A stretch of 64,000 nucleotides of DNA from a bacterium. GTDB taxonomy: Bacteria > Cyanobacteriota > Vampirovibrionia > Gastranaerophilales > Gastranaerophilaceae. This document shows, one piece after another, positions 27,601 through 36,964 of the stretch (its first letter is position 1; the number at the start of each line of letters is the position of its first letter). The DNA lies in contig JAFXXK010000008.1 of the NCBI GenBank assembly GCA_017542305.1, positions 1 to 64,000 of the forward strand, read 5' to 3'. Position numbers and translations under genes: made by a program. The notes under the pieces were generated by a model. The model was not told the origin of the DNA. It made no database searches and worked only from the letters and a program-made list of their open reading frames with translations.

Positions 27601-28383
27601 ATGAAAACCCTTAAAGGGTATTTTGATTTCAATATCAAAAACGGACAGTTAGGGCCGTTCGGTAAACTGGAAAACATGATTATGGCTGAAAACATCAGAG
27701 AAAATGCATTTTTCTCATCGACTATCGGTTCTCTTGTCACTAATCTAGTTACATTCGATACATCGCGGTACAATGAATTGTACGGACATCTGGATTTCCT
27801 CGGGAACGGAAATATAGAAATTTCTCCGATAAAATCTCAGGGTGATGTGCTGTCTATGTATATTGCAGGAAAGATGAATATACTTGATAATACCGCAGAA
27901 ATGAAAGTTCGCGGAAAACTTGCCTCTGCATTTGCTGATAAACTCGGACCTCTTGCAAATATTAATCCTGTAAATATTGTGAAAAACACGCCGGGATTGA
28001 ATGTTGGCTTAGTCAAGGCGTTCGCTCTGTTCTGCGAAGAAGTTTCTGAAGAAGAAATGAAAGCATTACCGCATTTGGGCGAAGGTAAATCGGATGATAA
28101 TGCAACAAAATTCCAGATAAGGTTAAATGGTAATCTGAATAAACCGCTCGGAATGATAAAATCGTTCAAATGGCTTGTATTGGATTCAGAGTTGCAGGCT
28201 GCCGAGAATTTTGTTGACACCCTGCCTATCCCCGAAGCGGGTGAAGAGGGTATGACCGTTGAAGAATTAATTCAACTGAGAAAAGAGCAGGCAGAGGCAA
28301 AAGCTGCAGAAGAAGCTCTGAAAGCAGCTGAAGAAAAGAAACTCATAAACAGAGTAAAAAGACGCCTGAAAATTTCTCAATAA
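24619..28383 (+). CDS. AsmA-family (AsmA/TamB/YhdP-like) giant envelope protein, 1254 aa
   Basis: It has a single N-terminal TM anchor (LFGGLFVILYIGFLFVL) followed by the AsmA-like N-terminal pattern, a long predicted beta-rich body, and a C-terminal coiled-coil or Lys-rich tail. Confidence 0.5.
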   Translation: MKKFFKTCAYLFGGLFVILYIGFLFVLPHVVKLEQYKPEIQKLVKDFTDLNLEYDNLKIITTPLLEAGIKTDNVKITLPDGSELLSVDGVKAKVFLPSILWLTVKVSGVDVINPKIFADIQDDEQFKAVRLYENLVNRQRKDKLEHPEKYSAQEAEKDDLPIDISKIRINIQNVKLKNYNLVINDEKNSHKLVLKGDEIKLGYDNGETANLKADLHVLSDDSENITANVDIDTSLPKFTPQEKEEDLEAVFAVPFVNPVTTYRTYNLKSDIDSRLKIRMNSKNKNVKAFGHLNIEDTQITMSGLEFPKSHFRFNANDNIINIDSDLYVTEFDDILFNGCFRHGKNPYLNLSIESPKVYFANLFAVVKAYLDTVQIKTDIDNITAGGYFHANADFKTDFETLTSSGAFVVRDGNITDKNIGLVFDDIRANVSLDDNIIKFDGTHLLINGKPLNISGKISQDSVTDLYMSADKLPLMGLYKAFAPKDIKNKYDLLSGFLTVDANATGKIKELVAVVKLNLDDFVIKDKTDLFTASNKLLTLGVGSYDGNIKAKLKNQGFEFSLPLIQSVIKDDNMLVELDNETIKVFPSDVKFNRQSVVNFSGDITNWAKAPVIDFSAGGGINTSDLGILVGEIAIPYFESQGIIPVKAAFNLAKNNMSFVAQAKADNANYFTPVIMKDLENLQTIFQVKAVHKGNTLRVENTGMYTKPNESDFGEDLDANMHNTKNLVNVRAIISNTDIQPFISLFKVDIPQPLEGAVAIFKNSGFNIQAGLSAYGKPESPVLTGKVLAKNIRVPEISSQVDSLLLDLGARNIDINVNRLNLGGTVFRLSARTNWKDIMNRVFEDVNVSSRYIDVNKIVKFGDDVAKAFPNPKEAIEESKDKDLTMNIPLEVKNGHIRFGKIVVDKIYLDNTTSDLALLDNVLYLDNLKTSPLGGSTEGQISMNLVTSDLKAKLSGKDFDVEKILLTVMDMKDMVTGNMNFITDISLSGTDMETQMKTLKGYFDFNIKNGQLGPFGKLENMIMAENIRENAFFSSTIGSLVTNLVTFDTSRYNELYGHLDFLGNGNIEISPIKSQGDVLSMYIAGKMNILDNTAEMKVRGKLASAFADKLGPLANINPVNIVKNTPGLNVGLVKAFALFCEEVSEEEMKALPHLGEGKSDDNATKFQIRLNGNLNKPLGMIKSFKWLVLDSELQAAENFVDTLPIPEAGEEGMTVEELIQLRKEQAEAKAAEEALKAAEEKKLINRVKRRLKISQ

Positions 28384-29028
28384 TCAAAACAAGGACAATT
28401 GTTTCTCAAAATGTTTTTTCAAAAATGACGGACGGTGAAATTCCGTCAACCCGTATTTATCAATAGCATCGAGATGCGCTTTTGTTAAATATCCGGCATT
28501 TTTTGCCCAGCCGTATTGCGGATATTTTTCATCCAATTCAAGCATGTATCTGTCGCGGGTAACTTTGGCTAAAATACTTGCAGCAGCAATTGATGCTGAT
28601 TTACTGTCACCTTTTATAATATATTTTTGCGGATATTTGAACTCTTTAATTAATTTGTTTCCGTCAACAAGGACAATAAGCTTTTCTGCGTTCAATTGCT
28701 CTATGACTTTATTGCAGGCTAATCTCATTGCCTTAAGTGATGAATTAAGAATATTTATTTTCTCAATTTCTTCTACTTCAATGCATACTGTAGCATTTAT
28801 TGTTTCATTTTTTATTATATCGTATATGGATTCTCTTTTCTTAGGCGAAAGCTGTTTGCTGTCATTCAATACGGCTAATTCTGAAAGAAGTTTCTCTGTT
28901 TTTGGGGGAAAATATACTGCACTTGCAAAAACTCCGCCTGCAGCCGGTCCTCTGCCGGCTTCGTCTGTTCCGACTACGGTACATTTATATTTTTCATCAA
29001 ATGAAAATAACTCTTCTATATGTCCCAT
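28384..29028 (-). CDS. rnhB: Ribonuclease HII
   Basis: The RNase HII active-site motif is VVGTDEAGRGPAAGGVFASAV. The protein is 214 aa. Confidence 0.85.
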   Translation of the reverse strand: MGHIEELFSFDEKYKCTVVGTDEAGRGPAAGGVFASAVYFPPKTEKLLSELAVLNDSKQLSPKKRESIYDIIKNETINATVCIEVEEIEKINILNSSLKAMRLACNKVIEQLNAEKLIVLVDGNKLIKEFKYPQKYIIKGDSKSASIAAASILAKVTRDRYMLELDEKYPQYGWAKNAGYLTKAHLDAIDKYGLTEFHRPSFLKKHFEKQLSLF

Positions 29029-29036
29029 ATAACCCC

Positions 29037-29876
29037 TTAATCAAGAATAAATTTTCCGATTTTGCCGTCACGAAAATCTCTTAAAATATAACTTGAAGTA
29101 CGCTCAATATCAGCTTGTCCGCCCTGAATAATCCAGTTGCGTTTGATGGCAATTGCTTCAACAGAAACTTCATCTTCAAGTTTATAGTATTCTTTCAACT
29201 GTTCGGGATACTTTTCGTTCAGAATTTCTACCAATTCTTTTGCGATAAGTTCATTAGAATAGGCATTTTCGGAAACCGAGTTAACAAACGCCAATTTTTT
29301 AGCCGCTTCCTGATTTTCCTGCTTCATTGGAATAATCCCGGGTGTATCGAGTAAATCAAGCTTCGGATTAATTCTGACCCACTGCTGCTGTCTTGTAACC
29401 CCTGCCTTTGCCCCGATTTTTGTCTTTGAAGATTTTGTAAGTTTATTTATAATACTTGATTTCCCGACATTTGGCATCCCGACAACCATAACACGCGCCG
29501 GACGGCGCAGCAGCCCTTTTTTCATTATTTCCTGAATACGAGGTTCTGACAATTCTTCGGCTTTCTTAACTATTATGTTTAAGTCTTTGGAATTTTTTGC
29601 ATCAGAAAGTAAAACAGGAACACCGTTTTTTTCTTCAAGTATTTGAACCCATTTTTTTAATTCGTTTTTGTCGGTTAAATCTGATTTATTGAGCAAAATT
29701 AAACGAGGCTTTTGACCTAAAAGCCTCGTAATATTTTCATAACTGCTAGATAACGGCAGTCTCGCATCAATGACTTCTATTACGGCATCCACTAATGAAA
29801 GCTGTTCTTTTAACTTCCTTTCGGCTTTTGCTATATGCCCCGGATACCAGTGAATATGTGTCTTATCTTTTTTCAA
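29037..29876 (-). CDS. rbgA: Ribosome biogenesis GTPase A (YlqF)
   Basis: The circularly permuted GTPase motifs are LLNKSDL (G4) before GMPNVGKSS (G1). The gene lies in the conserved rplS-rbgA-rnhB neighbourhood. Confidence 0.85.
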   Translation of the reverse strand: MKKDKTHIHWYPGHIAKAERKLKEQLSLVDAVIEVIDARLPLSSSYENITRLLGQKPRLILLNKSDLTDKNELKKWVQILEEKNGVPVLLSDAKNSKDLNIIVKKAEELSEPRIQEIMKKGLLRRPARVMVVGMPNVGKSSIINKLTKSSKTKIGAKAGVTRQQQWVRINPKLDLLDTPGIIPMKQENQEAAKKLAFVNSVSENAYSNELIAKELVEILNEKYPEQLKEYYKLEDEVSVEAIAIKRNWIIQGGQADIERTSSYILRDFRDGKIGKFILD

Positions 29877-30216
29877 TTTTTTCCTTGATACGAGTTGCTT
29901 TACCTGAACGTTCTCTCAAGTAGTATAATTTAGCACGTTTAACATCACCACGTCTGATGATATTGATTTTTTCAATTCTCGGAGAGTGGAGTAAGAATAC
30001 ACGTTCAACACCAACACCTTGGAAAATCTTTCTTACGGTGATAGTTTTATTAATGCCTGATCCGTGTTTTTTAATAATTGTACCTTCGAAAGCCTGAATT
30101 CTTTCTTTATTACCTTCTACGATTCTTACGAATACTTTAACGGTATCGCCCGGGTTTACATCCGGAACTTCTTTTTCCATATAAGGTTTTTCTAATTCGT
30201 CAATAATAGGGTTCAT
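29863..30216 (-). CDS. rplS: 50S ribosomal protein L19
   Basis: The sequence is typical of L19 ([27 protein letters not shown]...HSPRIEKI). The protein is 117 aa. Confidence 0.9.
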   Translation of the reverse strand: MNPIIDELEKPYMEKEVPDVNPGDTVKVFVRIVEGNKERIQAFEGTIIKKHGSGINKTITVRKIFQGVGVERVFLLHSPRIEKINIIRRGDVKRAKLYYLRERSGKATRIKEKIEKR

Positions 30217-30427
30217 CTTTTGTTCCTTTATGTTTTAATTACTTTTACTATTTAAATTCCTTAATCGGCTAATCCACAAAAATATTCACCGACGCACGTA
30301 AGTATATTAATGCTATTATAAACATTTTATTTTTGCAAGTAACATTTTAAGAAATATTAATCCTTTCGCAAATATATTTTTCTTAACATATCGGCAAAAA
30401 TTTACATTCACGGATATTGTATAAAAT

Positions 30428-31132
30428 ATGAGAATAGGATTAAGTACAATAAAATACCCTATAGCAGCTGTTTTTGCTGCATGTTCATTAAGTTATGCAG
30501 CACCTGCTGCCGCTCAGACCATTACGGGAAATCAAAATGTAACAGATACATTTGAACGGGTTGATTCCACTTCAAGAAACCCTGTTGATAAATATACTCA
30601 GGAAGATTTACCGGAAGTTTTCAGAGAAGAAGTTAATCCGAGCGGCTGGACAAATGATCCGGAAATCTTAAAAAATGCTCCCGATCCGTCATTTACTTTA
30701 AAATGGAAAAAGAAACAGGCAAGAGGGGTTGTTGACATAACCAATTGCAGATTTTATGTATATGACGATAACGGAAAGGCAATTGAATCCTTCAGAGTTG
30801 CAACCGGTGCATCACGCACACCGACAAAACCCGGAATCAGGCTAATAAAGAAAAAACAGATATATCCTTATAAAGACTGTGCTGCAGGCACAAAACGACG
30901 CAGATTTCCGAGAGATTACGGCCCAAAAATCGCCTTTGTGCATTACGTTGATACTATAACCGGTCAAACGGCTGATAGGGGTGATTATTTTCACGGAACA
31001 CGCCACGAAAAAGCGGTATTAAAAGCTAACAGACATGTAACGCACAGTTGCGTCAGAGTACATAACAGAGATATACTGTATCTCGTAAATGATGTGTTTA
31101 AAATAGGTGATTATCTTAAATATATAAGATAA
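30428..31132 (+). CDS. L,D-transpeptidase (YkuD domain) with a signal peptide
   Basis: The signal peptide is MRIGLSTIKYPIAAVFAACSLSYAAPAAAQ. The catalytic motif is HGT...THSCVRV. Confidence 0.7.
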   Translation: MRIGLSTIKYPIAAVFAACSLSYAAPAAAQTITGNQNVTDTFERVDSTSRNPVDKYTQEDLPEVFREEVNPSGWTNDPEILKNAPDPSFTLKWKKKQARGVVDITNCRFYVYDDNGKAIESFRVATGASRTPTKPGIRLIKKKQIYPYKDCAAGTKRRRFPRDYGPKIAFVHYVDTITGQTADRGDYFHGTRHEKAVLKANRHVTHSCVRVHNRDILYLVNDVFKIGDYLKYIR

Positions 31133-31142
31133 AGGAGTATAA

Positions 31143-33506
31143 ATGAAAGTTTTCGCAATATCATCGGCTCAAATTCCCGAGTATAACAACAGAATTAACA
31201 ATAATAAAATAAATGACAATTATTCAAAAAAATGTCATTCAGCCGATATTATGCGGGCAATGTCAAAAATGTCTGCAAATAACATTTACTTTGGCAGCAG
31301 CGATTTTGACAGAACCGTACAAGCAAATTATTTTAAACTCCCTGCAGGTGCAAAACCGGATGTATTCCAAAAAGCAGCCGCTCAAAATATTTTACTTGAT
31401 AATGACGTACTTGTAACAGCCCCGACAGGGACAGGGAAAACCGCTATTGCTCACTACGCAATAGGGAAAAATCTCAGAGACGGTAAAAAAACTTTCTATA
31501 CTACTCCTCTAAAAGCACTGAGTAATGAAAAATACCGAGATTTTAAAAGAATATACGGGGAAGAAAATGTCGGAATATTGACAGGTGACACCAAAATAAA
31601 CGGTGAAGCACCCATTGTTATTATGACAACGGAAGTTTACCGCAATATGGTATTCGGCGAACATTTCGGTAAAAAGAATGATTTATTGGACGATTTAAAA
31701 ACCGTTATATTTGATGAACTTCATTATCTTGGCGATGTTGACAGGGGCGGAATCTGGGAACAGTCTATATTCCTTTCACGTCCGGAAACGCAGCTGTTAT
31801 CACTCTCGGCAACCATAGGAAACAATAAAGACATTGCAGGCTGGATGGCTAAAATAAGAGGAGAAAAAAATCCGGAAATTGTAACAGGAAGCAATAAAGA
31901 ACTTGCCAAATACAAAGCAAACGAACATCTGCCGGTTCATACTGTTTTAATAGATGTTCCGCCGGAAAACAGACACGTTCCGCTTGAGTTTGAAAATATT
32001 AATGTCAGCGATTTGAACTTGCCCGATACAGGTAAAAAGAAATCAAAATTCAGCGCTCAAATCGATAAATTAAATCAGCTTGCAGAAAAGAAAGGGATTA
32101 TTCCTGCTTACGCATATCGAGATGTGGTTGTAAAACTAAAAGATGAAGATAAACTCCCTGCAATATTCTTCGTTTTTGACAAAAAGAACAGTAAAGATAT
32201 TTTGGAATACTTAACAAAATACGGTCCGCATCTTACATCAGATGACGAAAAAGAACAAATTATGGATATAGTTGAGGGTTATGAAGCCGACGGCAAATAT
32301 CTTGGCGAATCTCTTAATATGCGTGCGATATTAAAAGGATATGCCGTACATAATGCAGGACTTTTACCGACTCAAAAAGAACTTGTAGAAGAACTTTTCC
32401 AAAAGAAACTCGTAAAAACCGTTATTGCAACAGAAACTTTATCCGCAGGAATAAATATGCCGACAAGAACAACCGTAATTACGGCAACGCGTAAACCCTC
32501 ATCAACTCCTGATGGTCCTGATAATAAAAGAACAATTTCCGCAAACGAATTTCACCAGATGGCAGGTAGAGCCGGCAGACGAGGAATTGATAAAGTCGGA
32601 TATTGTTATACAATGAGCCTTAACGATGATGAACGCTCTCAATTTGATATGCTGGTTCACTCTCAGCCTAATAAGCTAAAAAGTGCATTCAGACCTGATT
32701 TTTCGTTTATCGCTAAATATTATGAAGAATGTCAAAATGACACAATGTTAAATCTATTGTATGAAAAATCTTTCTTTACATATAACAAAAATGAACAAAT
32801 TGAAAAGAAAAATAAAGAAAATTTAAAAGCTTTATTTAACCGTAAAATTACTTTGATGAGAGATTTCGGGTATTTATCCACTACAAACAGACTTACAAAT
32901 AAGGGGATATTAATATCAGATTTGAACGGTTATGAACAAATTCCGATTATAGAAATGCTCACCGAAATAAAAGCCTTTGATGGTATGAGCCCTTCGGAAA
33001 TTGCAGGTGCTGTCGGTGCATTAGCGAATATTGAATTGAAAAAAGACGGACAATTCGGGTCAAAGACTTTTGACGTAAAACCAAAGGGGTATGACTGGGC
33101 AAATAGTAATATTGAACAATTTACATCTAAATTAAATTCATGTCTTTCTGTGTATAACAGTTATATGACAAGAAGCGACAAAACTTTCCATCAAATACAA
33201 ATAAACGATGAACTTACAAATAATATTTATCTGTGGGCAGAAATGAACAGTATAGAAAATTCCGATTCGACGCAGAACTGGAGTAAATTATATTACAATG
33301 CAGACAAACGTAAATATAAAGATGAAGGTTCAATGTTTAAAGGAATTATGATGACAATAGATTTGCTAAAACAGATTAAGACAACAGCAGAACACGGTGC
33401 AGCTATTTCAAATACTAACGCAGACTATGAATATTATACCGGTATTGTTGCCAAAATTGATAAAGCAATTGATTTAATTAACAGAGAACCTGCTTCAAAT
33501 ATGTAA
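31143..33506 (+). CDS. Ski2-like superfamily 2 DExH helicase (HelY-like)
   Basis: Motif I is APTGTGKT, motif II is DELHYL, motif III is SATIGN, and the Ski2-type signature is HNAGLLP...ATETLSAGINMPTRT. An unusual N-terminal extension of about 70 aa is present. Confidence 0.75.
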   Translation: MKVFAISSAQIPEYNNRINNNKINDNYSKKCHSADIMRAMSKMSANNIYFGSSDFDRTVQANYFKLPAGAKPDVFQKAAAQNILLDNDVLVTAPTGTGKTAIAHYAIGKNLRDGKKTFYTTPLKALSNEKYRDFKRIYGEENVGILTGDTKINGEAPIVIMTTEVYRNMVFGEHFGKKNDLLDDLKTVIFDELHYLGDVDRGGIWEQSIFLSRPETQLLSLSATIGNNKDIAGWMAKIRGEKNPEIVTGSNKELAKYKANEHLPVHTVLIDVPPENRHVPLEFENINVSDLNLPDTGKKKSKFSAQIDKLNQLAEKKGIIPAYAYRDVVVKLKDEDKLPAIFFVFDKKNSKDILEYLTKYGPHLTSDDEKEQIMDIVEGYEADGKYLGESLNMRAILKGYAVHNAGLLPTQKELVEELFQKKLVKTVIATETLSAGINMPTRTTVITATRKPSSTPDGPDNKRTISANEFHQMAGRAGRRGIDKVGYCYTMSLNDDERSQFDMLVHSQPNKLKSAFRPDFSFIAKYYEECQNDTMLNLLYEKSFFTYNKNEQIEKKNKENLKALFNRKITLMRDFGYLSTTNRLTNKGILISDLNGYEQIPIIEMLTEIKAFDGMSPSEIAGAVGALANIELKKDGQFGSKTFDVKPKGYDWANSNIEQFTSKLNSCLSVYNSYMTRSDKTFHQIQINDELTNNIYLWAEMNSIENSDSTQNWSKLYYNADKRKYKDEGSMFKGIMMTIDLLKQIKTTAEHGAAISNTNADYEYYTGIVAKIDKAIDLINREPASNM

Positions 33507-33739
33507 ATATTTTCAAAATGTAATAATATACTTTAGATTTTTATGTCTGAATACATGAATTATCATGCATATATTATTGCATTTTCATATTTTACCAAAA
33601 CATTGAAATACAGTGATAGCAGCAATTTGCCATGCTTATGTAAAGTTTTGTAACATGTTTTGCTCATGCTGAAATTATATACTTTGTATTTTTTTTATAT
33701 ATACAAGAGAGTACAAATAAATAAGAAGAGGCGATTATC

Positions 33740-35281
33740 ATGGCAGTTGGAATGAACGGTGCTGATTTTGCAGCGAAGTTACGCATGCAGCAGCAAATCC
33801 AAAAACAACAAGGTACACAACAAGCGAAACCACAACAGGGTGTTGACAGTAACGACCCTAATTCGTCAGTATTTAAACAAGGTGGTCCGCAAAAAACCGG
33901 AGATACTCAGGGTGCGAATGGTGCACAGGGACCTCAAAAAGAGGGTGATCCTGATCCGATTGGAGGAAAACGTCCGGGCTTCTTTAAAGGTTTGGGTAAT
34001 ACCGGTAACCTTGCCGGTGCTAAATCGGGTATTGCTTCATCAGCATGGGGCAGTATTGAAGCAAAAATGTCAGGTGTATTTGCCAAAGCCTCAGCAAATG
34101 CCGCTTCTAATGCAGAAAATACAGGAAATACTCAAAAGGCAGAAGACAGTGCTAAAACCGGGAATGCCGAAAACACCGGTAAATCAGAAGAAGCAGATGC
34201 AAAAGCAGATGGAGCAGATGCAAAAGCAGATGCATCAAGTGCAGATGCATCAGCAACTCAGTCAACAAAAGATGCAGAAAAAAGCGATAAAGAAGGCAAC
34301 AAAGTAATTAAAGATTCTGCAGATTCGCAAAAAGATTTAAAGAGTAATTCTCAAAAACTCGAAAAGGATATGTCTAAAGCAGAGAAAAATATCCAAAAGA
34401 ATGATAAACAACTCCAAAAAATAGATAAACAAAATACAAAAATTGATAAAGAAATGAATTCCACAATGAATGAATTGCAGGAACTTACTGCCGGTGATAA
34501 TACCGGTGTTGGTAAGAGCAGTGCAAACTCACTCAGCTTAGCAGGAGAAGAAGACCAAAAAGCTGAAGGTAAGAATGGAACTCAGGCAGCTCAGGGTCAA
34601 GATGACGGAAGCGAGCAGAAAGCAGAACAATTAACTCAAAAACTTGATGCTTCAGCTTCAAAAATGAAAGCGAATACAACAAAGGCAAATAAACTTGAAG
34701 TTGCAGGTAAAGGTTTACAAAAAACAGCAGCTAAAAATGTACAAAAACAACAGAAATATTACAATGTAACTAATACCAAATTGCAGCAAAACCAAAAAAC
34801 TTCTAAAAATACAATAAATCAAGGTGCAAAGACTCAGGCGCAAGGTCAAAAAACTCAGCAAACAGGTCAGATTGTATCAGCTACAGGTGCAGGTATTCAG
34901 GCAGTCGGACTCGGAATGCAGTGCTCCCCATATACAGCAAGCGCAGGCGTTGTAGTAGAAAAGGGCGGAACCGCAGTCAATGTAGCGGGTCAAGCAACTC
35001 AAGCAGTTGGTGCTGCTACTCAGTCAAAAGGTCAGGATACTCAAGCTGTCGGTAACAAAGCATCAAGCAAAACAAACAGCGCTCAGGCTCAGGCTAAAAA
35101 ATCCATTAAGACAGGTGCGGCAGCGCTTAAATCTACAAAGAAAATGTCTAAGAATGTCAAGACAATGGGTAAAACCGCTAAAAATACAGCTAAAACAGCA
35201 AAAAATGCAACAAAGAATATTCAACAAGCAGCAGAATTGAAACAGACAATACAAGCTAAAAAACAGGAAGCTGTTTCATAA
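33740..35281 (+). CDS. Low-complexity Gln/Lys/Ala/Thr-rich protein, 513 aa, predicted largely disordered, with no signal peptide
   Basis: The ORF is long and uninterrupted, with internal repeats (QATQAVGAATQSKGQDTQAVG, TAKNTAKTAKNATKN). It has its own AT-rich promoter region and a downstream terminator. Confidence 0.55.
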   Translation: MAVGMNGADFAAKLRMQQQIQKQQGTQQAKPQQGVDSNDPNSSVFKQGGPQKTGDTQGANGAQGPQKEGDPDPIGGKRPGFFKGLGNTGNLAGAKSGIASSAWGSIEAKMSGVFAKASANAASNAENTGNTQKAEDSAKTGNAENTGKSEEADAKADGADAKADASSADASATQSTKDAEKSDKEGNKVIKDSADSQKDLKSNSQKLEKDMSKAEKNIQKNDKQLQKIDKQNTKIDKEMNSTMNELQELTAGDNTGVGKSSANSLSLAGEEDQKAEGKNGTQAAQGQDDGSEQKAEQLTQKLDASASKMKANTTKANKLEVAGKGLQKTAAKNVQKQQKYYNVTNTKLQQNQKTSKNTINQGAKTQAQGQKTQQTGQIVSATGAGIQAVGLGMQCSPYTASAGVVVEKGGTAVNVAGQATQAVGAATQSKGQDTQAVGNKASSKTNSAQAQAKKSIKTGAAALKSTKKMSKNVKTMGKTAKNTAKTAKNATKNIQQAAELKQTIQAKKQEAVS

Positions 35282-35333
35282 TAGATAAAATTAATCATAA
35301 AGTTTCATAATAATTTGCACTCTTCTTATTTTT

Positions 35334-35362
35334 GGCTCCGGTAATTCGGAGCCTTTAATTTT
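35334..35362 (+). terminator. Rho-independent terminator after the Q/K-rich gene
   Basis: The hairpin ggctccg-gtaatt-cggagcc is followed by tttaatttt. Confidence 0.55.
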
Positions 35363-35708
35363 AGATTTTATTAGAATTTTTATAAATTGCCGATGCACGA
35401 TTTTTTATAGGTTTAAGTGCTTTGTAGGCTTTAAATAAATTCTTGAAACTGTTTAAGGCTAATGTTCCTAAGCCTGAGGTAATACCGATGTCGTGAACTC
35501 CCCAGCCCGGAAATCTTGCAAGTTCAACCAGAGTAAGCGCACTATATAATTGAGAGTTATACAGAGCTCTTGTATAAGTGCCCGACGCAGAATTTTTCCT
35601 GCTGTATCGGACAATATCGGATGTAATTTTTGCGCTGATTTTATTCATCATAGTTATATTATACAATTCAAAAGAAAAATTTTTGCTAATAACAGGTATA
35701 ATAATCAA
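35361..35708 (-). CDS. Small hypothetical protein, 115 aa
   Basis: It is an ORF only. The annotation is weak. Confidence 0.3.
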   Translation of the reverse strand: MIIIPVISKNFSFELYNITMMNKISAKITSDIVRYSRKNSASGTYTRALYNSQLYSALTLVELARFPGWGVHDIGITSGLGTLALNSFKNLFKAYKALKPIKNRASAIYKNSNKI

Positions 35709-35833
35709 AACATTGTTACGATTGTTAATATGAACTTTACAACCATTTTTGTCTATGTTACACTTGGACTTGCGCCGAACATAATTGGTAGAAAAGTTCG
35801 GTGTTGTCAGTAATATACCAAAGGAGAAACACT

Positions 35834-36373
35834 ATGTCACGTATAGGAAAGAAACCTATTGACATCCCTCAGGGAGTCGAAGTAAAAATAGACGGACAGT
35901 TAGTTACGGCAAAAGGACCTTTAGGTCAGGAATCCGTTAATGTTCGTTCTGAAATCAAAGTAGAACTTAAAGATAATCAGGTTGTTTTAACAAAAACTGT
36001 TGATTCAAGAGAAGCAGATGCCCTTTACGGTTTATCAAGAACTCTTGTAGCTAATGCTGTTCACGGTGTTAAAGACGGTTTTGAAAAGAAACTTGAAATT
36101 CAGGGTGTAGGTTACCGTGCTAATATGGAAGGTAAAAATCTTAATCTTGCATTAGGATATTCTCATCCGGTTATTGTTGAACCGCCGGCAGGTATTACCA
36201 TCAGCGTTGAAGCAAATACAAAAATCAGCGTTAAGGGTACTAATAAACAAACCGTTGGCGATGTTGCAGCATTCATCAGAGCTAAACGTCCTCCTGAAGT
36301 TTACAAAGGAAAGGGTGTAAGATACGAAGGTGAATATGTAAGACGTAAAGCCGGTAAAGCAGGTAAGAAGTAA
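35834..36373 (+). CDS. rplF: 50S ribosomal protein L6
   Basis: The N-terminus MSRIGKKPIDIPQGVEVKI is the canonical L6 start. An aaggag SD sits 7 nt upstream. Confidence 0.9.
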   Translation: MSRIGKKPIDIPQGVEVKIDGQLVTAKGPLGQESVNVRSEIKVELKDNQVVLTKTVDSREADALYGLSRTLVANAVHGVKDGFEKKLEIQGVGYRANMEGKNLNLALGYSHPVIVEPPAGITISVEANTKISVKGTNKQTVGDVAAFIRAKRPPEVYKGKGVRYEGEYVRRKAGKAGKK

Positions 36374-36479
36374 TTTGTAAAAACAAATTAACACCTTTAA
36401 GTTAAATTGATTAATTTATGTGTTACATGTGAAGGGTTTGAAACGCCCGCTAAAACAAGTAATGAAAGGACAAAACAAA

Positions 36480-36848
36480 ATGATTAAAAGAAAAGAAAGA
36501 AAACCTCAAGTACAAAAAAGACATCAGTCTATCAGAGTAAAATTATCAGGAACTCCTGATTGCCCGAGATTGGCTGTATACAGAAGTACAAAACACATTT
36601 ACGCTCAGGTTATTGATGATGTAAATAAAGTTACATTAGCTTCAGCATCTTCAATTGATAAAGACCTGAAAGAAACTTTGGCACATGGCGGAAACATCGA
36701 TTCAGCAAAAGTTGTCGGTGAAGCTGTTGCTAAAAAAGCTTTAAAAGCAGGCGTAAAAGATGTTGTATTTGACAGAGGCGGATTCTTGTATCACGGTCGT
36801 ATCGCAGCTTTAGCTGATGCAGCTCGTGAAGCAGGATTAAACTTCTAA
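36480..36848 (+). CDS. rplR: 50S ribosomal protein L18
   Basis: The body ([18 protein letters not shown]...[27 protein letters not shown]) is typical of L18. The start was chosen at ATG 36480, which has the aaagga SD. Confidence 0.85.
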   Translation: MIKRKERKPQVQKRHQSIRVKLSGTPDCPRLAVYRSTKHIYAQVIDDVNKVTLASASSIDKDLKETLAHGGNIDSAKVVGEAVAKKALKAGVKDVVFDRGGFLYHGRIAALADAAREAGLNF

Positions 36849-36870
36849 TTTTTGGAAATTTAAAACTAAA

Positions 36871-36962
36871 AAAACCTGATTTCTGTATTGAAATCAGGTT
36901 TTTTGTTATTAATAATTCAATTTTTGCCGACAAAAAGCTTCTCCTTAAAGAGAAGCTTTTTT
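36871..36962. terminator. Two adjacent hairpin terminators closing the convergent rplR and acyl-CoA ligase transcripts
   Basis: The first hairpin, cctgatttc-tgtatt-gaaatcagg plus T6, covers 36875-36904. The second, aagcttctc-cttaaa-gagaagctt flanked by A/T runs, covers 36933-36962. Confidence 0.6.
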
Positions 36963-36964
36963 AA

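Noticed and set aside
33759-34307. Alternative plus-strand frame (182 aa, Lys/Gln/Arg-rich) inside the Q/K-rich gene
   Set aside because: It is a consequence of the repetitive A/G-rich codons. The longer 513-aa frame starts with a plausible SD and runs to the terminator. Only one of the two can be real.
36420-36479. Longer rplR start (ORF track 36420, [20 protein letters not shown]...)
   Set aside because: Canonical L18 begins near MIKRKERK. An aaagga SD precedes ATG 36480. The extension has no counterpart in L18.
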